A DNA stretch of 63,386 nucleotides, the filler included, from Octopus bimaculoides (taxonomy: Eukaryota), in NCBI RefSeq assembly GCF_001194135.2. It is 7 parts of 7 records of this genome, joined end to end, with 100 filler letters (N's around TTAATTAATTAA, not from the genome) between each part and the next. Parts side by side here need not be neighbours in the genome. Positions count along the whole stretch, not along the records: positions 1 to 17,683 come from NC_068982.1; 6 more parts are not named here. One strand, 5' to 3'. The notes beneath the pieces were generated by a model that saw only the letters and a list, made by a program, of their open reading frames with translations, did not search any database and was not told the origin of the DNA. The position numbers and the translations under genes are program-made. The first letter of the stretch is position 1. Every line of letters begins with the position of its first letter. Below are positions 1 to 12,649 of the stretch, piece after piece.

Positions 1-969
1 TATATATATACTCACAGACATAAGTATAAGAATGTAGTACACATGCTGTCAATATTACAGATTTTCACCCTAGTATTATACAAGAATTATAATTGAAATT
101 CATTTCTGCCATTTTTGCGAAATGGCAAGAGAAAACTTAGCAATACTTCATGCGTTTACTTGAGATACATATCGTTGTTATAATAGTTTCAAAATACAAA
201 ATATTATGCTACATGTTTGATAGACGACACGTTAGCGGCTCTGATCCTACATTCGTCCTTCTGCAGTAACTTTAAGATATCATATTTAGCTCAATGGTTC
301 AATTCACACAGCTCCGCAAATGTATGGTCGGTGATATAATTCAGCGGTGTCCATTGTAAATTCATCGTCGTATTTTGCAAACTTAGAATGTCAACTTCAG
401 ATATTCTAACGAGAGTAAATAAATACAAAAGAATAATATCCTGTCTGCATATATATGAACTAATGTCTGATAATTCTACGAAACTCAGATTCCATCATCT
501 TCCATATGGATCGTTGTTTTTGAGCAAGGAAATACAGCTTCATGCTACATAATATATGTTTTATATATACATAGATATACGTGTAAGTTTCTGTGTGCGT
601 GCGTGTGAGTATGAGTGTGCCTGTGAGTATGTGTGTGTCTGTGTGGATGCCTATATATATGTAAATATACATCCTCACAATACCACGGCTATAGTAATAG
701 CTACTGCTATGCAAGTGTATCACAGAATAATCAGAGAAGAAATCTTATCGAGAACTTAGGCACATTCTTTTCTCAAATACATTTGGTTTTTGCTACAACA
801 GAATTGTTTTTTATTAAATTATCGAACACCGGATATGTCCTCAAATATTCTTCGTACTCTGTATATTCATATGCATACACATAGATTTTTGTGCAGTTTT
901 ACAGACGTCAAGAATGGTGGAGACGCTGACAGTGTTAAAGATTCATTTTGATGGACGTAAACATGCATT

Positions 970-1152
970 GGTTTTAGATTTTCGCGCAAGGCCAGCAAAT
1001 TCGGGGAAGGGAGTTAAGTCTTATTTCCACTCCCCCAAAAGATGAAGGACAAAGTCGACCCGTGTGGATTTAGAACTCAGAACGTAAATACGGACGAAAT
1101 TCTGCTAAGCATTTTGTTAGGCATGCTAACGATTCCACCAGCGCACCACCTT
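970..1152 (-). mobile_element. tRNA-derived SINE, family B, degraded
   Basis: Alignable by eye to better copies at 57242-57455 and 61082-61298 (aaagtcgacc...gaactcagaacgtaaa...gctaagcatttt...gctaacgatt). Confidence 0.8.
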
Positions 1153-1292
1153 CATGCAAGTATATACAGGGTGCGTAAGAAATTTGAGGACAGATTTATG
1201 TTTATAAAAAAAATCATATATAATAACAAATAATTTTATTTATCAAAAAGTGCTACGAGGATAAAAAATAAACGTTCTATTTTATAACGTTA

Positions 1293-2402
<1,110 letters not shown>

Positions 2403-2619
2403 TATTATTTTCTGAAACAAAGATTATTCAGAGTTAGTAAAATATGCAGTAATGACCAAGAAAAGGTATGTCCTCACATACCTTATATACCCTGTATCTG
2501 TACGGAAATGCTGTCGTATTCAGCTAGTACTTATCTGTAAGGAAATTTTGTTTAATTCTATTGTATATATTTTTTAATTCAAATATGTAGGTTTGTATTA
2601 TATATTTGAGTTATATATA

Positions 2620-2925
2620 TGTCACGTGACAACTAGCTGGGGCTGCCTGCTGGAGCCTAGCAGCAGATATAAAAAGGGGAACTTGACATGACGATCAGTC
2701 GGACGCTGACACTCGTTGATGCTGCATCGAAGAGGCCAGGGAATAGAAGAAAGAAGACATGCACCCAACACCAGAGCTGAAGACACCTCCGAAAGGAGGG
2801 GCCCCGCCACGTCAAAACGGTAGAGGAGTAGGGGCCGAAACCGGACGTGGTTCCTCCTGATGATGTCTTGAGCTAACTGGATCCTATAAAGGAGCTGTTG
2901 TGGTAGCAGACCACGAAACATGGTT
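2620..2925 (+). mobile_element. GC-rich ~300 bp structured interspersed element (solo-LTR-like or Penelope/retrozyme-like)
   Basis: Sharp GC island in AT-rich flanks; begins TGTCACG and has CGAAACA at 2914-2920; TATAAAA at about 2669; several hairpins; two CTGANGA...GAAAC motifs; no clear TSD. Confidence 0.4.
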
Positions 2926-4056
2926 GAAATTCCTACGCACGCTTAGTAAAAAACAGAGTTCAAGATTATTAGCATCCAGTTTTCGAGACATATCGGAGTA
3001 TCGCTGTACCGTACACAACACTTGTGCACTCTCTATATTACTACAATAACATTTCGTATGATCTTTAAAATCACGTGGCTGGAAGTTACTGAACGCAAGT
3101 CGGCATTTAATCATGATTTATAAGCTTTTTCAATTGAAATACAATTTGTCACAGATATGAATATTCATAAGTAAAAGGCAAATATCTACACTCAATGTTC
3201 GTAAGTGAAAACTATATTCTTTTATTTAAACGTAAGTGAAGACAGCTCAAATGCATGATATCCATTTATACGTCATCGCATCGAAAATTATGATAACATC
3301 ATGTGATTTACCTGATAACTAATTCGAATTTGATACATCAGCGCAAAATGAAATACAATATTGGACAAATACTATTAACATTATTTTTTAAACAATTAGT
3401 TTTATTTATGATCCCCGTATCTACTCATTCCTCAAACGTAGCACGCTTGAGTTTTCCACTTCACTGCACTTGTCCATCGATACATTGAATCATTAATTTC
3501 AGTTTATTGTCTAATGTACAATTTTGAAATGAATTATAGATTCTTGTAAAATAAAATAATAGATCTTTTAAACTTAATTTATGATAGGAATCGCTTAAGA
3601 GGTAATAAATATTAATGTCACGAAAAAGGGTTTTGTTTTCGAAAATGCAAACAAACTATAACAAGAATTTATATTGGACTTGTTTAAAGTGATGCTACTA
3701 ATTTATATGGCTTTTCGTCACATCATTCTGTTTTATTTATACTCATGAGATGGCACTTCCTAGTGAGTAAATGCTGATGGAAATTAATAAATATAAAATG
3801 TCTTCTAAATATCGAATGTGAATTATTTTTGTTCTTAAATTTATAAAGAAATGTATTATAATAGCAATAATAGCAATTTATATGATAGGACATATGGTAT
3901 CAAGAAATAAAATTTTCTAGATTTTTTAATCAATTCTAATTATAATCGTTAAATACTTATGTGTATTTATGTGTCTATATATTCGCGCGCGTGCGAATGT
4001 ATGCATACAAACACGCACGCGCGCACGCACACACACACACACACANNNNNNNNNNN

Positions 4057-4091
<35 letters not shown>

Positions 4092-4229
4092 GAGAATATA
4101 CGAAAAAACAACAACAGACGAGGACAGGTGGTGTAAATATATATATATAATCCAAATAAGACATAATGAAATACTTTAAGACACCTTTAATAGTCAGTTA
4201 CACTTGTTTCTGTATCAACTCTGCTTTCA

Positions 4230-4279
4230 GCGCCAGTTCGCGCCAGTTCGCGCCAGTTCGCGCCAGTTCGCGCCATTTC
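4230..4279. repeat. 10-bp tandem repeat GCGCCAGTTC x4 plus one variant
   Basis: Read directly from the sequence. Confidence 0.95.
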
Positions 4280-6518
4280 ACGCAAGATTACCAGTGAGAA
4301 TTTACAAAATATTTCTGTCTTGAAACATTAGAGAGGCCACGGGCGGCGCATGAGTTTTAGAGGCCTCTTGCCACTTATTGTTTCGAGGCCCGATCCCTTC
4401 AATGAAAATTCATAATCTACGCACTTTTTATTCATAGCTATATTTTACTTTATTCTATCTGAAGTTTAATATTTCACGTTATCCTAAAGAACATCTTTAA
4501 AAGTACAGCAATGTATTTCATTTTTAGGAAGACCAACATTTAATAGGGTTGAATATTTGTTCGATGAACTCACAAATATCAGAAGACAACAATTTCAAAA
4601 TAACAACTGTGAAGTATAGTTGTCTCAGTTTTTGTATGCGTAGAAGTTTATTCATGAATACAAAACCTTTTCAATCCAAAACAAAAGCAAACTATTGCAA
4701 ATTATATATTTTTGAAAAATAGACTTGAATGTTCTCAAAGACTTGATAACAGTCGAAAAAGTCTTTCTTCATCGTATATTTCACTGTTATCTGTTGTAAT
4801 ATTTCGATTTGATACACAATTCTACAATTAAAATTGTAAAGTCAAAATACCAAAGATGCACAATATGAAGAATTTCTTACCTTTCTCTGAAATCACAAAT
4901 TTAAGGGGAAAATAGTAGCTTGCAAAATAAAATACCTCGATCACAAACTAGTTATAACTGAAGAATTGAGATGCTTGGTGACAGTGAGCGAACAATATCT
5001 GTATCTCTATATATGCTCATAGACAGATATACACATATACACACACACAACATCTGTGTATGTGTTTGTGCGCTTGCACGCGCACACACTTTGTATTTGG
5101 TACAGGAAGAATTTTGTCTTCAGTTTTTATTACCTTAGGGAGTCAAAGGTCACTGTTCTGGGTGCAAAGTGACCAGCTTTTCAACAACGTCAAATAACAA
5201 CGCCAAATATATATATACACCACACAACACCACATCATGGAAGTGTAATTTTATGGTAGGCCCCATATGGATGTATCCAAGCAAGGGTTGATATATCGAC
5301 AAGGTTAGTAACATTTAATAAATTTGGGGATTTTTACTTATACCTTTTCATAGGTCCACTACGCTGAATGCATTTAGGAATGTTTAGACAATTATTGTTT
5401 GTCTAGTAAGAACACCGCTTGGGTACTATGGTGGCTATTTCAGAAGATAGACTTAGTATTATTATTATATAGTTGAAGGCCAATGCCCTAGTCATTACCG
5501 CTTCTAGGGGTAGTCTCCCCTTAACCGTAGTTTCTTCCTACGCATGGTGCTTGTTTACATGTCCGGTTGTTTTATTTATAACGTCATAAGAGTAGTTGGG
5601 CCATTTATTATATATGTTAATTCTCCATACTTTTGCTATTTATTTACTTCTTTATTTACGCCTACGCGTATAACGGTCTTCATAGCTTGCTCTTTGTTTT
5701 TGAATTTAACTGACCATTTATATTGATGACTGGACTTTGATCAATGCCATTACCGACAACAAGTGGTTGGTCTTTACAGTATATTAGTAACTAAATAAAT
5801 GTAATTAATTTATGGACATGTTATTTGAATAAATATTAATTAGTACTATTTACGAAATCTTAAGAACTATTATGATTCCTTCTAAACGATATGGCAATAT
5901 AACTCCCTCTTTTTCTAGACCTAGTGGCGTATGCTGTTATACTAAACTGCTTATTTTACTTTTTATTATTTATACACCTTGTTATCCCTAAAGAAAGATT
6001 AACCCACCTATTAATTTTCTACTTTAGTCATTTACTCAACGGTCTGAAGTGTTAAACTGCAAAATGGTATGATTCAAATACATTAAGCCTTCATTCCTCC
6101 TCTCGAGGCGCTTTCTCTTTTCTTTTCTTTTATTTTATGTACTTTTCTTCATTTTGATGAAGCTCCGTGTTCCAGATCGGATGTGTTATAAGATATGACG
6201 AATATTATTCTCAAAATTTACTTTGACATTACTGTGGAAAATTAAAAGCAGAAAAGGCTGTTAGATAGGATAAAGTTTTGTATAAAAAAATAATAATCGA
6301 TGGTAGTCAGTTGTTGTTGATCAAGATTTCTCTGCTTAATTTATATCAAGATTTATCTGCTTAATTNNNNNNNNNNNNNNNNNNNNNNNNNNNNNNNNNN
6401 NNNNNNNNNNNNNNNNNNNNNNNNNNNNNNNNNNNNNNNNNNNNNNNNNNNNNNNNNNNNNNNNNNNNNNNNNNNNNNNNNNNNNNNNNNNNNNNNNNNN
6501 NNNNNNNNNNNNNNNNNN

Positions 6519-6680
6519 GTGTTAGTTTAACGCTCGGGCAGTGAGAAAGTCTTTTACGGTTCGAGCCTACGCTCTTCGACAGAAAGGGAACACAGAAATA
6601 AGCAGGCAGAGAAAACAGAAAAACGTTTAGTGGCTAGCGATCTATCATGGCGAATGCCGGACAGAAGCGTCAGACAGGAG
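6519..6680 (-). mobile_element. Penelope-like element terminal fragment with minimal hammerhead-like motif
   Basis: Minus strand reads CTTT-CTGTCGA-A-GAGC-GTAG-GCTC-GAA-CCGT-A-AAAG, the minimal type I hammerhead layout typical of PLE pLTRs; truncated by an N gap. Confidence 0.55.
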
Positions 6681-6949
6681 AACTAGGAAGCAGGCGAGAT
6701 AATAAAGTTGTCGTGATCCCAAAATGAAGGTGCGCGTGCGTGTGCATGTGAGAGCGTGTATGTGCATGTGGAAGGGGGCTGGTGACATTGACGTGTGTGT
6801 ATGTGTATATATATGTGTGTATGTGTATATATATATATGTGTGTGTGTGTGTATACAAACATATATATATATAAATGTGTGTATTTGTGTATGTGTCTAT
6901 ATGTGTTCGTGTGTGTGTGTGTTAGTGTGTGTGTCTTTGTGTGGGCGTG

Positions 6950-6988
<39 letters not shown>

Positions 6989-8296
6989 ATGTGTTTAGAG
7001 CTTGTAGTAGCATCTCGAACGAGATCGCTTAAAATGCTTTAGTTATATAATTTGATTCGACCCGAAGAGTCCCTGATCCTTTTCTGTACAGGTTAATAAA
7101 TATGTATAATATTATTTAATATATTCATATGTCTCGTTTATATACACAGTAATATGTACGTGTTTTGTTCGTGTACGAATGTACGCGTGTTATATGCTGG
7201 TTTTAGTGGATTTGTCCGTTTGTGAGATTCTGTGCTGCATAAATTTATCTTAACATGAAAATATGTTTACAGGTAATAATTTATACATTCCATTTGTTAT
7301 TGAGATAAGCATTTTGAAACACTCGACCTGAGATATAAATATACATGAGAATATAACACGTTCTGCATAATTCAGCTGAATGTACTGCGGCACTTTGTCT
7401 CTCTTGTTCTTTATCATCATATAAGCTGTAAGAGGAAATAAAATTTTACTAGGCTTATTAGCTTTAAAGAATATTTACTTATTCTGCCATTAATATAGCT
7501 ACTGTATTTATAATCCATGATATGATAACGGAATGTACTACGCGTGTTTTCAGCAAAAAGCTAGATTTCTATCTTTTTCATCTTATTAAAATGCATTATT
7601 CTAGTTATATTTTCATGTGGTGATTGAACTTCATGTTGATGAATAAGCCATGAATTTCAGACCTTGAAGCATTTATTATTCTCAAAATCATTACTACTGA
7701 AAGCTATCCTTTTCTCTTTACCTCATTCAATTGAGATCGTTTTGAACAATGTTGTCACAATAAATGTCAATTTACAGTTTTACACGGGTCCTTTTCTGTA
7801 AGACCAATAAAGCAATAATACCCATTGAACAACTTTCACAAGCTACAGTTAAATGAAGCTTTTCTTCAGCCGTCGTCATATATATAAATAGTTTTCCTCG
7901 TATGTATAATTAAAGGTTTACTGAAAATAGCAAATAGGATAATATTGACTGAAGACATGTTCTTAAGAGTTATTGTCGATCAATATCGAACTCCATAGTT
8001 TAACGTGGTGTTGCTTAGATGCTAACTGGATTGGAAATTTCCGCCCTTATTAACAGTGAGAGCTATCTTCAAAGGTAAAGCAACTTTTATAATAAAAACT
8101 TAGCTGAAATGAGCTCATAACTGCCAGCGAATGAGTCAAGGAGATCAATCTTGGTAATTACTTGATTTTCTCATGAGAGAATAAAAGACATGCAACCTAC
8201 ATAATCTAAATATTTCTCTAATTTATATCTTACAAATAAGAAGTCTGTCTCCTGCATGTGGACGTCGGATTGCTTATCTTATTCTGAGTTAATATA

Positions 8297-8330
<34 letters not shown>

Positions 8331-8797
8331 TGCACACACACATACATATATGTATATANNNNNNNNNNNNNNNNNNNNNNNNNNNNNNNNNNNNNNNNNN
8401 NNNNNNNNNNNNNNNNNNNNNNNNNNNNNNNNNNNNNNNNNNNNNNNNNNNNNNNNNNNNNNNNNNNNNNNNNNNNNNNNNNNNNNNNNNNNNNNNNNNN
8501 NNNNNNNNNNNNNNNNNNNNNNNNNNNNNNNNNNNNNNNNNNNNNNNNNNNNNNNNNNNNNNNNNNNNNNNNNNNNNNNNNNNNNNNNNNNNNNNNNNNN
8601 NNNNNNNNNNNNNNNNNNNNNNNNNNNNNNNNNNNNNNNNNNNNNNNNNNNNNNNNNNNNNNNNNNNNNNNNNNNNNNNNNNNNNNNNNNNNNNNNNNNN
8701 NNNNNNNNNNNNNNNNNNNNNNNNNNNNNNNNNNNNNNNNNNNNNNNNNNNNNNNNNNNNNNNNNNNNNNNNNNNNNNNNNNNNNNNNNNNNNNNNN

Positions 8798-8839
<42 letters not shown>

Positions 8840-11421
8840 AATTCACACACTTACCATCGATATTGAGCCAAGAAATACAATTGGGATAAAGTAAAATGGG
8901 AAACTTAGTGGATGCTAGAAGGCGAACTTTTGATTTATTGGAATTTGATGACATATAATGATGGACTACTTCATATATTCACTTTAAAAGTTTAGAGAAG
9001 GAATACTGTTACAAATCAGGGATAGTCACCTAAATTAATTTAATTTTCTATTTAGAATAAGAGATCTTACAACGAACATTTAATCAGTTGGGCTATTTTC
9101 TTATCATCGTAATATTTCATGAAACTTATTAGAAATTCTTTGCCAACAATATTGGCTTTTCACCGATTTTAGCAATCCGCCTTCAATGAAATTAAAGAAA
9201 CAAAATACTTAATTTTAAAAACCTTACGGAGCGATCAAATGAAATGAGAGCTTCATCAAACTTTAATAGTCGTTTGATGTCAGCTGCTGTACCAACTCCC
9301 GAGTGTTAGTCGCGTTGATGCATACTTTTCATCATTGCTTTGGGAAAAGATCAAACGGTTCAAAGGATATTTATATGAATCGTGTTGATTGAATCAATGA
9401 ATTAATTTTGATTCAGAAGCTTTGATATTCTTAAGACTACAAATTGAGGGAAATATTTATAAATAAAAAAAATAGCATTAAAGTTAATAATTTCATTATT
9501 ACTAGCTAGTTTGTTTTCAGTGTTAATATTTATTTTTCTAAACCATGGATAAAAGAAACGAAGGAAATTTCAAATTATGAATTTTTCCCCATGGGTGTAC
9601 GCTATATGGTCTTATGGACACATTTCTATCGATATCCATGATACTGCTTTCTAATCTTCTTCACATTTGACTTTTATATAATTTCCAAATGATGTCATTA
9701 ATTGATTTTCGTTACATATAAATGCTTTGTTTCGATATTTTTCACGTAATTTCAAGCAGATTTCACTAATATTCAGAAAGTCTCATAGTGGTAATATGTT
9801 TGCTATTGTTAGCGTTTACAAGATATTTAACTTCATTCGTCAGATCTTACGCACTCGCAAGTACAGTCAAACTGTATTTTATCGGTACATATGTAAATAA
9901 ATGCGGACTGACATTTTGCCCGTAATATTTTCTCGGAGAATTTCTCATGTATTTCGAACGGAGGCAATTTTGTTGTTATGTACTCTGAACCTTAATGCTG
10001 ACGTAGTTTACGAACCACTTCTAGAAATTACATCTGTTATATCAAATTCTAACAGCCACTTAAAATTCATGCAGCATCGCAATCTAGGCACCGAAAAGAC
10101 AGAGAAAACTGTACTTTGTGTTACATTAAGTAAATTCATAGTAGAAGCTTAGAAACTGTTTTGTATGACAAATATATATACCTATTATAAAAGAGAACAG
10201 AAGATTGACAGTAGATAAATATACTCATCAATTAAAATAAATAATGAAAATATGTTAAGCGTTATGACATAATTAATTCAATCAAGGATATGTACTACAA
10301 AATCTGGGAAGAAAGTAAGAAGATCGTCGGAAAAATATGAGCATGATATTTAATGGAGTAACCTCATCAAAATAATCAATAACTAATCAGAATCGATATT
10401 GAGTGACTCAAGAGTACATGTATGAAATAGAAAATGCATCAGAAAGAGTATAAAACATATTGTGGGTAAGCACTACTACACAAATTTAATGAAGAATATA
10501 TTTCAGGATAAAATAGAATAAAGGACCAATAGATGTGATACACAGGAGAAATTTGTTTATTCAAAGAAATGCATAAAACTGAAACTCGTAAGAGTTAACG
10601 TAAAATCTTAGTAAACCTGCTCAATTGTGACTAGCTGTGTGACAAGTACGAAGTGGGTTCCATAATGCTACAATGAGCGCATAGGAAAACTAAATCGGGT
10701 CATCAGGTCTCAACTCTGCATACATTCCTGTAGGCTAGCAGATATAGATAGTACAGATTTTTTATAATTTAAAGCGGTCAGCAACACAGGATACAAGTTT
10801 GAAATCCGTATTGTCGATATAGATAGCGTTCATACGCTGAGACTTCGTTAGTGGAAGCTAAAGACGACTTTCGCAGCAGGGTGCTAATCTTCCAGAGACC
10901 GGTTTAGCGAATTTTTTAAAGAAGAAATAATGGGAGGAATCATCAACAACAGACTGTAGCTAGCCCTAAAAAGGGAAAAGTGATAGAGTAGTCTAGTCAA
11001 GAGGTTAATCTAGTTAGGAATCTTGAAGAGGCTCTATGGAAAGGCATCGCCACCGATGTGCCTGCTGGGATAGCCCTTGGTGTAATTCCGCAACAAGGAG
11101 CATAAATGTTGCGTTGTAAGAGTTCGGATGCGTACTCTAAGACATAAAACAGAAACAAAAAAAAATGTTCGATGGGCACGACTGGCCCATCGAACAATAT
11201 TTCTTGTTGTCTTAGGGCGTTTCATTTTCTTCATGTCTTTTTCCATGAACAACTTGGCAACAAATATACAACTTTGGAAGGACTAGGTTGGGCATGTGGT
11301 CCTAGCTTCCTAGAATATACGTCCAAATTTTGCAGAAATATGCAAGGTATTTGACATGGAGATGGACATTGTTATTCCAAAGTTGAATTATCCAAACCCC
11401 AAAGAATTCCCCTCAACACAT

Positions 11422-11437
11422 CATTATTATTAATATG

Positions 11438-11485
<48 letters not shown>

Positions 11486-11507
11486 TTTATCATCATCATC
11501 ATCATTA
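11422..11507. repeat. (ATT)n/(CAT)n tract on the 3' side of the R4/Dong element
   Basis: Read directly. Confidence 0.95.
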
Positions 11508-11988
11508 TTTCTCTTTATCACAAGTTTTGTTGGAGCTCTTGGAGTCTTAAATGCGTAGCGGGCTTGCTACCTGCAGCCTTCGGTACCGTGTTATCCTTTT
11601 TCTTTTCAGCAAACGTTTTGTTGCAGTTCTTCTGCGGACACTATTCCAATTTCCTTTATATTCCCCTTGATGCCCTCTGATACTGCTCTCAAGGACCCAA
11701 CAATAATTCGTACTATCTTCACCTTCTTCATTTTCCATAGTTGGGTTATTTCGTACTTAAGACGGTTATATTTATCTATCTTTTCGTCTTCCTTCTTAAT
11801 TATTCGTGAGTCAAAGGAGCATGCAACATCAAGTATATAGCATATGTGGTACACCTTGTCCACCAATATAGGTTTGATCTGATATACTCTGTACCTGAGG
11901 TGTTTAGATTGGTGTCCAAGATTAGTGTCCAAGTCTGCCACTCTCTGCGGCTTGCGCTCATACCACGTCTTACCTCTCTGTAGCCCCC

Positions 11989-12033
<45 letters not shown>

Positions 12034-12545
12034 CATTATTATTATTATTATTATGACTGAGTGAGAGAGGAGTGCATGCCATCAAAGTGACACTGAGATA
12101 AAATATACGAAGCCCAGTATAGCCGTCACTTTTCGCACAGTTTCCAATGTAACACTTTCGCTACCTGGTCGTGTTGCCACAACTTGTAGTGGTTTTGGGC
12201 AAGTTTCGAGCATTTGTATTTAGGGTTAGGACCGTTTTGAAGAATGTTATCCTGGTAGTGTTTTGTAAGCAAGCTATGATCTTGTCTCTGTTTTTAGTTC
12301 TGAGTTTCTCAGCCACTGATAAGTTGTTGTTTGGTCGTCATCAACATATCGGCTTCGAAATATATACGGTCCATGAAGAGGCTTCTGGCTCCACTGCGTC
12401 TCAATTTCTTTCTACCAATTTTTTTGCAGTCGGTTTGACCCATTTGTTTTTCTCGTGACAGTGGTTGCAGGTGCTTCACCTAATTCAATGATAATGCCAA
12501 GTTCTCTTGTGAATTTCCAAGCTTCCATGACAATAGAATCTAATT
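11508..12545 (-). mobile_element. 5'-truncated R4/Dong-clade non-LTR retrotransposon (zinc-finger plus restriction-like endonuclease end), interrupted
   Basis: 12545-12130 encodes W..KPLHGPY..TYQWLRNSELKTET..QHDQVAKVLHWKLCEK; 11988-11550 encodes GLQRGKTWYERKP..KPILVDK..CYILDVACSFDSRIIKKEDEKIDKYNRLKYEITQLWKMKKVKIVRIIVGSL (PD-(D/E)xK-type REL domain). Confidence 0.85.
11989..12127 (-). mobile_element. Short 3' end of another retroelement with (AAT)n tail, nested in the R4 element
   Basis: About 73 bp unique sequence plus about 65 bp (AAT)n, lying exactly between CEK and GLQRG of the R4 ORF. Confidence 0.65.
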
Positions 12546-12555
12546 TTTGATTTTT

Positions 12556-12578
12556 GCTTATTATTATTATTATTGCTA

Positions 12579-12648
<70 letters not shown>
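12556..12648. repeat. (ATT)n tract on the 5' side of the R4/Dong element
   Basis: Read directly. Confidence 0.95.

Positions 12649-12649
<1 letters not shown>

Noticed and set aside
5260-5800. Degraded coding-like stretch on the minus strand
   Set aside because: Multiple stops and no recognisable motif
10990-11420. Possible BEL/Pao remnant (GWACGPSFL)
   Set aside because: One short motif only, with no flanking NPAD or integrase support
12222-12233. TTTAGGGTTAGG telomere-like word
   Set aside because: Only two units, inside the R4 ORF (antisense of GPNPK codons)
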